Positions 37,196 to 45,831 of a stretch of DNA of 64,000 nt are shown here, piece by piece. Within the stretch, counting starts at the first letter, position 1. Each line of letters begins with the position of its first letter. The translations under genes were made by a program, and so were the position numbers. This stretch comes from Bacteroidales bacterium (lineage in GTDB: Bacteria > Bacteroidota > Bacteroidia > Bacteroidales > ML635J-15). Under the pieces are notes generated by a model that did no database searches, was not told the DNA's origin, and saw nothing but the letters and a program-made list of their open reading frames with translations. The stretch is taken from contig JAFGVU010000047.1 of NCBI GenBank assembly GCA_016937855.1, forward strand, positions 6,265-70,264, read 5' to 3'.

Positions 37196-37636
37196 CTATA
37201 ATCCTTCTTCGTGAGGGAATATTTCGAATTGGCTAAAGAAAAAGTTAGCTTCGATAAGTGCATTTTCGTCAGAATCGGAACCATGAATCGCATTTTCCTG
37301 AACAGAAATGGCGAATTTTTTCCGAATTGTTCCTTCTTCGGCGGCGTCAGGATTTGTATTTCCAATTAATTTGCGAAATTCTTGAACAGCATTCTCTTTT
37401 TGCAAAACAGCAGCCAACACTGGACCTGATGACATAAAAAACACTAGTTCATCGAAGAATGATCTATCTTTGTGGACAGCATAGAATCGTTCAGCTTGAG
37501 CACGCGACAATCTTGTCATTTTCATAGCAATAACACTAAAGCCAGCTCTGTCGATTTCGTGAAGGATCGGCACAAGTTTTCCCAACCTTACAGCGGTTGG
37601 TTTAATCATTGTAAAGGTAAATTCTCCGGGTTTCAT
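37196..37636 (-). CDS. ndk: Nucleoside diphosphate kinase
   Basis: FTMIKPTAV..., FYAVHKDRSFFDELVFFMSSGPV and the catalytic His in NAIHGSDS. I prefer the ATG at 37636, because the track start at 37669 overlaps the upstream gene. Confidence 0.92.
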   Translation of the reverse strand: MKPGEFTFTMIKPTAVRLGKLVPILHEIDRAGFSVIAMKMTRLSRAQAERFYAVHKDRSFFDELVFFMSSGPVLAAVLQKENAVQEFRKLIGNTNPDAAEEGTIRKKFAISVQENAIHGSDSDENALIEANFFFSQFEIFPHEEGL

Positions 37637-37646
37637 AATAAATTTT

Positions 37647-38849
37647 TTAAAAATTAAACAATAGTCCAATTGAACCGACTAATAACCCCACTAAGATATT
37701 AATAATTTTCATAATTACAAAGCTTTTTTTCGACTCTGCCAATAATGGTAATGAACCATGTCCATCTTGAACTATACTGCTTGCCAGCAATATGCTAAAG
37801 GGGATTAAGCCCTGAATAAACATAACCACAAAAACTAAATGAGGCCCGGATTGTGGAATAATTCCAAGAAGCAATGCAATTATTAGGATAAAAAACATAT
37901 TGCTGTATATCCAGGAACCGACATCAAAATTGTGAAGTAATAAATTAATTAATATAAGTGTTCCGGCTATCCAAAGAAATATTTTTAGAAGGTGTTTTTT
38001 TATAACATGATCGATAAGATGTTTTTTTACAAAGTGATTAGAAGAAAACAATATAATAATCAGAGCTAAAATAGAGCTAATGATAATTGTTAGTTTTATC
38101 CAATCGATTGGATGTTCATGATTATGTGCATGACCTGTATGATCGTGATTTTCACTATGTTCACAATCCTCTGAGTGAATGTGTTCTGTTTGCTCCACGC
38201 CAGAATCGTGAATATCACTAATTTGAACCATTTCCCCACTACCCTTTTGAGGTAAGCTAAACATAAGTTTATCGGAATGTGAATGACCAATCCAACCAGT
38301 GAGTGTAAGAGTTAGAACAAATCCGATTATTGCGACTAAAATAAGACGTGCAGGCAAAACATTTATATTTTTCAATGCAAACAAGCACTCGCCTTTATCG
38401 TTACAATTTTTTTCATGAATATCAAATGAGAATTCGTGTTTTTCTGCAAAGTTTTTATTTTTAAAAATTTTATCAGTTATAAAACCAACAACTAATGCTA
38501 AAGCACTAACAATTGCAAAAATCAATAGTGCTTGTTTGGGAATCCATGCCAGCATAAAATAGGCTTCATCTCCAGATGTTGCAATCATCGTGGCAACTAA
38601 TGCACCAAAAGACAGCAATCGGTGAGTATAAAGCGACACAGCAGTAAAAGACCCCATACAACCAGGAATTAAGCCAAGCAGTGTGCCAGTTACGACTTGA
38701 ATATAAATATTCTTGCTCAGTTTCTTAACTAATCGCCCTCGTGTAAGAACATTGATAAATTCTATCAATAACATCATAATAATAACAAAACTTGTTATCA
38801 TTAGAGTTTCCTGCACTATTCCTTTCCAATTTATGTTAAAAAATTCCAT
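37647..38849 (-). CDS. Polytopic (about 10 TM) membrane protein with a central His/Asp/Glu-rich loop; putative heavy-metal transporter (ArsP_2-like)
   Basis: Two hydrophobic halves are separated by HSHSDK...TEHIHSEDCEHSENHDHTGHAHNHEHP. The family name is from memory and unverified. Confidence 0.5.
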   Translation of the reverse strand: MEFFNINWKGIVQETLMITSFVIIMMLLIEFINVLTRGRLVKKLSKNIYIQVVTGTLLGLIPGCMGSFTAVSLYTHRLLSFGALVATMIATSGDEAYFMLAWIPKQALLIFAIVSALALVVGFITDKIFKNKNFAEKHEFSFDIHEKNCNDKGECLFALKNINVLPARLILVAIIGFVLTLTLTGWIGHSHSDKLMFSLPQKGSGEMVQISDIHDSGVEQTEHIHSEDCEHSENHDHTGHAHNHEHPIDWIKLTIIISSILALIIILFSSNHFVKKHLIDHVIKKHLLKIFLWIAGTLILINLLLHNFDVGSWIYSNMFFILIIALLLGIIPQSGPHLVFVVMFIQGLIPFSILLASSIVQDGHGSLPLLAESKKSFVIMKIINILVGLLVGSIGLLFNF

Positions 38850-38878
38850 AATGATAAATAAAACTAATACTCAACAGA

Positions 38879-40864
38879 CTACTCAGTGCTTTGTTCAAGT
38901 TCTTCGACAGAAATTGCGATTATTTCGATACGTCTTTCTCGCGAAGCAGCCGGACTAAAAATTGAGTTTCTAGGATCGTTTGGATCATCGCTCACTTTTC
39001 CATCAGACAGTGTTTTACCAAAAGCGACAAACTCATACTCAATCATTCCAGAATCGATATATTGACGAAAATATCCGTTTTCCCATTCATAAAAATAGTT
39101 TACGAGACTTGAGATTCTTCGTTTTGCCAGATTATTATTATACTCGACTGTATTAAGTGGACTTGTATAACCTTTTATTGTTACAACAATTTTTTGTCCG
39201 TTTTCGAGCAATTCTTTCATGAGACTTGTAAACTGTAATAATTTGTTGTAATTCTCTTCGACAAAATACGAAAAATAGTGATCAACGCTATCCACAGCTA
39301 TTGGTTTGTCCTTTTTTGGCAATCCATACGAATATCGATCGCGATACTCTTGTTTTCGAGCTATGTAGTCAAAATATGTGGTAGAATAATTAAGACTAGT
39401 TACAGTATCCCATGAGTTTGGAACAGGTTCGTCATTATGAAAATACAGTGCAATTGGAACCAGTAGTTTTGTTCGAGTAGTTAGCAACTCTATCCGCTGT
39501 TCTTCAACCACCTCTTCGTTAATTTCCACATCAAGTTTATGATAAAATATATCGTTGCAACAGCTTTGTTGTTCTAGTGCAAATGAGGATTTTCGATTAC
39601 TTGCCAACAAAGCGACATAAGAATCGGGATATATTTTATAATAAAAATCGTTTTGCGCTGAATTAATAGGATAACCTAAATTTTTAAGACTATCCCAAAC
39701 TCTAAAATTACCTTTGATCGAAAAAATATCATACCCCCCCATATTCTCGTGCCAGTTAGAACTGAAATACAAAAGAGAGTCACGAACATCATAAAAAGGT
39801 GTAACTTCATTTCCACGAGTATTTACAGAGCTTGTCGTGTCGAAAAAATCGAGAAATCTTGTATCCTCAAATATTGGTCGTCCGAGATTACGCACAAATC
39901 CCCACGATTTGTCTGCCAATAATTCGCAATAATAAAGATCATATCCTCCTTCCCCACCAGGTCTATCTGACGACCAAATCAACACATCGGTTTTACCTTC
40001 ACGATGTGCTAGATAAGGATGAGTAGAATTATATCCTGGATAATTTATTTTTTCAGGCAATTTTTGTGGATTTGACCAAACAGAGTCGGAAAAACTGGAA
40101 GAATAAATATATGTCTGTCCCCCAGTAAAAAAGTCGGACATTGTAAAGTATAAAACATTACCATCGCTTGCAAAATGAGGATTAGCTATATCGTAATTAC
40201 TGTAATCAGTAAAAACGTCAAACAAATTAGCTTGACTTAAAGTGTCGAAGAAATTCTTTTCGTAAAGCCTTGATTTATAATCATTTATGGAATCCACTAA
40301 TGGTTTTATGGAAGCAAAAACAAAAACAGAGTCATTTAAAAAACCTGTTGAAAAGTCACTATAAACAGAATTAATATTTGTATCGCACTGCAATAAACTA
40401 ATTCCATTAGGATTATTATACATTTTCCATGCAAATTCGCAATGCAGAATTTCATTTTTTGCCTGCATAACATTTAAATTAAGGCTATCGAGTCCATTTA
40501 TTTCGATATATTTTTGAAAAAAATACTGAGCTTTGATAAATTCTTCGTTTGCTTTAAGCATTGCTGCATAGTAAAAAACTGACTCGGGATACTTTTCGGG
40601 AATTCTATCTGCTAGATATCGGTAATGTTTGGCTGCTCGAATGTAATCATTATCCAAACGGTAAGCCTCTGCTGCTTTCCAGACAACATCATACATCTTT
40701 TCATTAAATTTCAGAGCTTCTTCGTACATTTTGGCAGCTCCGTAATAATTGTATTTTTTGAAAGCATTATCACCAGATGCAATAAAATTAGCTATTTCTT
40801 TATCCTGAGCAAAGATTGCAAGGGTATAAAAAAGAGCTATTATATATAAGATAAATCTCTTCAT
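38879..40864 (-). CDS. PorE-like paralog: TPR + PD40-like propeller + degenerate OmpA_C-like C-terminus
   Basis: TPR helices at the N-terminus. PD40-like repeats include HPYLAHREGKTDVLIWSSDRPGGEGGYDLYYC and TPFYDVRDSLLYFSSNWHENMGGYDIFSI. The C-terminus reads IKGYTSPLNTVEYNNNLAKRRISS...RERRIEII. It starts 3 nt after the PorP/SprF stop. Confidence 0.7.
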   Translation of the reverse strand: MKRFILYIIALFYTLAIFAQDKEIANFIASGDNAFKKYNYYGAAKMYEEALKFNEKMYDVVWKAAEAYRLDNDYIRAAKHYRYLADRIPEKYPESVFYYAAMLKANEEFIKAQYFFQKYIEINGLDSLNLNVMQAKNEILHCEFAWKMYNNPNGISLLQCDTNINSVYSDFSTGFLNDSVFVFASIKPLVDSINDYKSRLYEKNFFDTLSQANLFDVFTDYSNYDIANPHFASDGNVLYFTMSDFFTGGQTYIYSSSFSDSVWSNPQKLPEKINYPGYNSTHPYLAHREGKTDVLIWSSDRPGGEGGYDLYYCELLADKSWGFVRNLGRPIFEDTRFLDFFDTTSSVNTRGNEVTPFYDVRDSLLYFSSNWHENMGGYDIFSIKGNFRVWDSLKNLGYPINSAQNDFYYKIYPDSYVALLASNRKSSFALEQQSCCNDIFYHKLDVEINEEVVEEQRIELLTTRTKLLVPIALYFHNDEPVPNSWDTVTSLNYSTTYFDYIARKQEYRDRYSYGLPKKDKPIAVDSVDHYFSYFVEENYNKLLQFTSLMKELLENGQKIVVTIKGYTSPLNTVEYNNNLAKRRISSLVNYFYEWENGYFRQYIDSGMIEYEFVAFGKTLSDGKVSDDPNDPRNSIFSPAASRERRIEIIAISVEELEQSTE

Positions 40865-40867
40865 TTA

Positions 40868-41887
40868 TTAGATAAAATCGGGACATTTACGATAAAATGG
40901 CGCTTCGAATGGTCTGGGTTTAATAAAAATATAAATCAATGAAAACTCTACACCACCTTTACCCTTGCTTATGGTTGACAGATTTGACAAATTGATATCG
41001 TAATTTATCATAATTTTGACATCGTGGTATTTTACACCAAAACACATAATTCCTGCATCACTAGTACGCACAACTGCACCAAAATATATCGCCTGCAAAC
41101 TTACCGGATTATAATCGAATCTAGCTAGTGCTCCAATATTATATTCTCTATATTTTTGCTGAAACATTGACATAAAAACGGGTTCAACGAAAAAGTCTTT
41201 CTCGATTTGATACTCTCCACCGGCACTAATTACAAATTTTGGAGGTAAAACAGCGTCAGAATTCTCCAGAAAGCTTTTCCCTGGCGAATTTATGTGTGTT
41301 GCAGCAAATCCAATATATGCGTTAAACAAAGTGTCTTTTGTGTATAAAACATTAATTCCTGCTCCAAAATCGAAATAATTTATTCTATTGGCAAACCACG
41401 ACTCTCCTGTTGGCAAATACTGATCGTACTGCTCACCTGTATATTGATCGCCAAAATAGAAATTATTAAAATCGATTCCGTGTAGTACATACCCTCCAAT
41501 TAAGCCTAAGCCTAATCGCAAATCGTGATTATTTGAAATAGGTAAAGAATATGCTGTTGATAAATAAAATTGATTAGTACCAAGTTTCCCATCACCGGCA
41601 ATATCATTATTTATGAGTAGCCCTATGCCTGATTTAGATTTATCAACAAATAGATTATCAAAAGACGCATCTATTGAACCTGCAAATGTCCTATAGGCAT
41701 TAGTAAAGGTCATCCACTGATTCTTATTGTTGATAACAAACCGGAAGTCACCATCATAATTTCCCGTATTTGCAGGGTTGGTGTAAATAGGAGTTGAAAA
41801 GAACTGACTAAAGTGAATATCCTGAGCATGCAAGGAAAACAATCCGAACACACAAAACAGCACACTTATTAGTAGTTTCTTTTTCAT
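40868..41887 (-). CDS. PorP/SprF-family type IX secretion outer-membrane protein (second copy)
   Basis: Signal peptide followed by QDIHFSQFFSTPIYTNPANTG; beta-barrel-like. Confidence 0.88.
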   Translation of the reverse strand: MKKKLLISVLFCVFGLFSLHAQDIHFSQFFSTPIYTNPANTGNYDGDFRFVINNKNQWMTFTNAYRTFAGSIDASFDNLFVDKSKSGIGLLINNDIAGDGKLGTNQFYLSTAYSLPISNNHDLRLGLGLIGGYVLHGIDFNNFYFGDQYTGEQYDQYLPTGESWFANRINYFDFGAGINVLYTKDTLFNAYIGFAATHINSPGKSFLENSDAVLPPKFVISAGGEYQIEKDFFVEPVFMSMFQQKYREYNIGALARFDYNPVSLQAIYFGAVVRTSDAGIMCFGVKYHDVKIMINYDINLSNLSTISKGKGGVEFSLIYIFIKPRPFEAPFYRKCPDFI

Positions 41888-42125
41888 AGTTTAACAATGA
41901 AACGTAAAATTACAAAAAAAACAATTCTAATACAATATAAAGTTTAAAATTTATGACCACTCGCTTAAGTTTATACAAAAATTCTATTAAAAAGTTGATA
42001 TAAGCAGTAAGATGGAAGGACATATTAATTTTCATGAATCGAAATTAACTCTTTTGCTGATAAAATTCAGCTATTGTATATTAGAAATTATGTTATCAAA
42101 TTTGACAATATATAAGTATTTATTC

Positions 42126-42133
42126 TAAATTTG
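42126..42133 (+). promoter_or_regulatory. Candidate -7 box very close to the ATG (short or absent leader)
   Basis: TAAATTTG ends 5 nt before the ATG at 42139. Confidence 0.25.
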
Positions 42134-42138
42134 CATTA

Positions 42139-43446
42139 ATGAAATTTGGAAAAACATATTGGAAAAACATATTGTTTGCAGTTTTTTTAAGTGCACTATT
42201 TATCCCAATGATTGTAAAATCATTTAATTTGATAGATGAAAAACCATTGGGTGGTGTAATTATAAGTACAGAGCAACCGGTCATTACTGACAGTACTTGG
42301 TTTAATGGTAGTTTTCAGCAACAATACGAAAAATATCTAAACGAGAACATTGGTTTACGCAAAACATTTATAAGGTTAAATAACCAAATAGATTTTTCGT
42401 TTTATGACAAAACTAGTGCCGAGAAAGTGGTAATAGGAAAAGACAATTATTTATTTGAGAACAACTATATTGATGCAACAACAGGCAAGGATTTTATTGG
42501 AAATGAGAAGGCAAATAGTCTTGTTGCCAAAGTCAAAGAAGTTGAGGAAAGTCTTGAAAAGATGGCAATTAAAATGGTAGTTGTTTTTACTCCTGGCAAG
42601 GCTACATTTTTTAAAGAATATATTCCAGAAAAGTATTTTTCGCATGGGGCTTTTCCCACAACTAACCATAAGGTTTTAACAGAACTTTGTGAACAGGAGC
42701 AAATAAACTACATCGATTTCAACTCATGGTTTCTTGAAATTAAAGACACAAGTACATATCCTCTTTTCCCAAAAGCAGGAATACATTGGAGCTATTATGG
42801 CATGTATCTATGTGTTGATAGTCTGATAAAAAAGATTGAAACAGACATTTCAAAAGACATTCCGGATTTGTTTGTAAATAGTATGGAAATCAGCTCTGAG
42901 CAACGCGATCCTGAATACGATCTGGGGAACCTTATGAATTTGCTCTATCCTATTAAAACATACGATTTGGCCTATCCTCAATTTTCTTATAATCAAGAAA
43001 ATAAATATCGACCTAAAGTATTGGTTATTGGCGATAGTTTTTACTGGAATATATATTTTAGTGGCATCCCGGCAAACATTTTTAACTCTCTCGACTTTTG
43101 GTATTACAACAGCCAATGCTACAATGATGGAACTAATAAATCTGCTTATGAAATAGTAAGCATCGACTACCTTGAAACGATTAAACAATTTGAGTATATC
43201 ATAATTTTACAAACAGATGGTGGGTTAAATAATTTTGGATTTGGATTTTTTGATAAATTCCTGCGCTCTGTTAATCAAGGTGAGATTCCTGCCGAAATAA
43301 GAGTTTACATGGATCAGATTTTAAAAGATCAAAACTGGAAAAGCCATGTTGAACAAAAAGCGTCAGAAAGAGGAATAAGTTTTGATGAAATGCTATTTCT
43401 TGATGCTCAGTATATGTATGAAAACGAAAAGCAAAAAGAAAATTAG
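42139..43446 (+). CDS. Membrane-anchored protein, possibly an SGNH/AlgJ-DltD-like O-acyltransferase fold
   Basis: N-terminal TM helix. FPKAGIHWSYYG resembles the AlgJ D-x-H-W block but lacks the Asp. A VLVIGDSFYWN (GDS) block is present. The assignment is weak. Confidence 0.35.
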   Translation: MKFGKTYWKNILFAVFLSALFIPMIVKSFNLIDEKPLGGVIISTEQPVITDSTWFNGSFQQQYEKYLNENIGLRKTFIRLNNQIDFSFYDKTSAEKVVIGKDNYLFENNYIDATTGKDFIGNEKANSLVAKVKEVEESLEKMAIKMVVVFTPGKATFFKEYIPEKYFSHGAFPTTNHKVLTELCEQEQINYIDFNSWFLEIKDTSTYPLFPKAGIHWSYYGMYLCVDSLIKKIETDISKDIPDLFVNSMEISSEQRDPEYDLGNLMNLLYPIKTYDLAYPQFSYNQENKYRPKVLVIGDSFYWNIYFSGIPANIFNSLDFWYYNSQCYNDGTNKSAYEIVSIDYLETIKQFEYIIILQTDGGLNNFGFGFFDKFLRSVNQGEIPAEIRVYMDQILKDQNWKSHVEQKASERGISFDEMLFLDAQYMYENEKQKEN

Positions 43447-45826
43447 TTTGACAACTATTCCGGATAAACCTAAAATAGTTTTATTCACATCAATTACAAT
43501 TTGGGCAATACTTATAATTGCTTATATCTTTTGCTTGCCGAGCCCTTTATTTAACAACCCCTATTCCACCGTTGTTCTTGACAAGAATGATTTGTTGATT
43601 GGGGTAAAAATTGCAGATGATGGTCAATGGCGATTTCCAGAAACGACAGAGGTGAGTGACAAATTTGAAAAGTGCATTTTAACATTTGAAGATAAGCGAT
43701 TTTATTACCATCCGGGCTTTGATCCAATATCGATAGGTAGAGCAATCAGACAAAATATCATAAGTGGTGAAATAGTTAGTGGTGGTTCTACAATTACAAT
43801 GCAAACTGTTCGTTTATCACGTAAGGGAAAATCCCGAAACTTCTACGAAAAACTTGTAGAATTGATTTTAGCTACACGATTAGAACTACAGTTCTCCAAA
43901 AAGGAGATTTTATGTATTTATGCCTCCCATGCGCCTTTTGGAGGCAATATTGTTGGTATCGAAGCTGCTGCATGGAGATATTTTGGCCGAGATCCCAATC
44001 AGTTATCATGGGCAGAAAATGCAATGCTTGCAGTATTACCAAATTCACCTTCGATGATTCATACTGCAAAAAACCGAGACTTACTAAAACAAAAGCGCAA
44101 CAAATTACTAAAAGACCTACAGTTGTTAGGCTATTTATCGGAAACTGAGTTGGAGCTGGCATTGGAAGAGCCAATTCCCGATCATCCGCAACCCTATCCT
44201 ATGCATGCCTATCATCTAACCGAAAGAGCAGCAAATGAGTGTAGCAATGACGAATTTGTAAAAACCACAATAGATTTAAACTTGCAAAAAAGAGCAAACG
44301 AAATTGTTTTTCAATTTAATAAAAGATATTCTCAAAACGAAATTAACAATATTGCTTGTCTGATACTTGAGGTTGAAACCGGCAATATTAAAGTATATAT
44401 TGGCAATGCCGACATAAGCAGCGATAATCCTGAGAAAGCTGTTGATATGATTACTGCAAATCGCAGTACCGGAAGCATTTTAAAACCATTTTTATATGCT
44501 GCAATGTTAAGTTCCGGCGAGATATTACCTAAAACTATTCTAAAAGATATCCCTACAAAGATGGGTAGTTTTTCGCCAGAAAACTTCAATCGCGAATTCG
44601 ACGGGGCTGTTCCTGCTGATGAAGCTTTGGCGCGTTCATTAAACATCCCTTTTGTTTATTTATTGAAAGAATACGGTATTATGCGCTTTCAGTATATTTT
44701 AAAGAGTTTACAACTAAACACAATAAACAAAAGTTCAGAGCACTATGGATTATCTTTAATTCTTGGTGGTGCAGAATCGAGTTTATGGGACATTTGTTCT
44801 GCATACGCATCGATGGCTCGAAGCTTAAAGCATTTTACTATTTCAAATTCGCGTTATCTTACTGGGGATTATCATAAGGCGAAATATACATTTGCGAATG
44901 ATTCAAAAGAAACTTCTAGAGAGAAAGAAACTAGTTTTTTATCGGCGGCCTCAATTTGGCTGAGTTTTGAGGCAATGACTTCGGTAAATCGTCCGGGGCA
45001 AGAAAGAATGTGGAGAAAATTCACATCTCGACAAAAAGTTGCATGGAAAACCGGAACTAGTTTTGGGTTTAAAGATGCATGGTCGATTGCTATCACACCT
45101 GATTATGTAGTTGGGATTTGGGTAGGAAATGCCAGCGGAGAAGGAAGAGCCGGAATTACCGGACTAAATGTAGCAGCACCTGTCCTTTTCGAAATCTTAA
45201 ACATTTTACCGGATTACACTCGTTGGTTTGAACAACCTTTTGACGATATGGTACAAGCAGAAATTTGTTCTCGCAGCGGTCAAATTGCAGGTCCCGATTG
45301 TCCCGAGAAAGATACTTTATGGATTCCGACATGCGGAGTTAATTCCGAGATGTGCGAGTATCATAAAACAATACATTTAGATCAAACAGGAAATTATCGA
45401 GTTAATTCCGACTGCTATCCTATTGACCAAATGATTTCTCAATCGTGGTTTGTTCTTCCGCCAATTATGGAAGCTTATTACAAACAAAGGAATCCATGGT
45501 ACTTAAGCTTGCCTCCGTATCTTGAATCATGCAGCGATCACAATATGCAATCAACAAATGTTATGGAACTTATCTACCCTAGTCAATTGTCACGTGTACA
45601 TATCCCTATCGAATTAACAGGCGACACTTTGCCGGCAGTTTTTAAACTAGCGCATCGTGACGAAAATGCAAAAATTTATTGGTACATCGACACTAAATAC
45701 ATTGGACAAACACAAGACTACCATGAGATGCCTATAAAACTAACTTCCGGCGATTACACATTAAATATTATGGATAATAAAGGAAATAAAATTAGTAAGC
45801 GGTTTATTGTTGTGGATAGGGATTAA
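43418..45826 (+). CDS. pbpC: Penicillin-binding protein 1C (bifunctional glycosyltransferase/transpeptidase)
   Basis: GT51 motif EDKRFYYHPGFD. Transpeptidase motifs STGSILKP (SxxK) and WKTGTS (KTG), plus a long PBP1C-type C-terminal domain. The track start at 43382 is TTG; the ATG at 43418 gives MKTKSKKK... and still overlaps the upstream gene by 29 nt. Confidence 0.88.
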   Translation: MKTKSKKKISLTTIPDKPKIVLFTSITIWAILIIAYIFCLPSPLFNNPYSTVVLDKNDLLIGVKIADDGQWRFPETTEVSDKFEKCILTFEDKRFYYHPGFDPISIGRAIRQNIISGEIVSGGSTITMQTVRLSRKGKSRNFYEKLVELILATRLELQFSKKEILCIYASHAPFGGNIVGIEAAAWRYFGRDPNQLSWAENAMLAVLPNSPSMIHTAKNRDLLKQKRNKLLKDLQLLGYLSETELELALEEPIPDHPQPYPMHAYHLTERAANECSNDEFVKTTIDLNLQKRANEIVFQFNKRYSQNEINNIACLILEVETGNIKVYIGNADISSDNPEKAVDMITANRSTGSILKPFLYAAMLSSGEILPKTILKDIPTKMGSFSPENFNREFDGAVPADEALARSLNIPFVYLLKEYGIMRFQYILKSLQLNTINKSSEHYGLSLILGGAESSLWDICSAYASMARSLKHFTISNSRYLTGDYHKAKYTFANDSKETSREKETSFLSAASIWLSFEAMTSVNRPGQERMWRKFTSRQKVAWKTGTSFGFKDAWSIAITPDYVVGIWVGNASGEGRAGITGLNVAAPVLFEILNILPDYTRWFEQPFDDMVQAEICSRSGQIAGPDCPEKDTLWIPTCGVNSEMCEYHKTIHLDQTGNYRVNSDCYPIDQMISQSWFVLPPIMEAYYKQRNPWYLSLPPYLESCSDHNMQSTNVMELIYPSQLSRVHIPIELTGDTLPAVFKLAHRDENAKIYWYIDTKYIGQTQDYHEMPIKLTSGDYTLNIMDNKGNKISKRFIVVDRD

Positions 45827-45831
45827 TCTGT

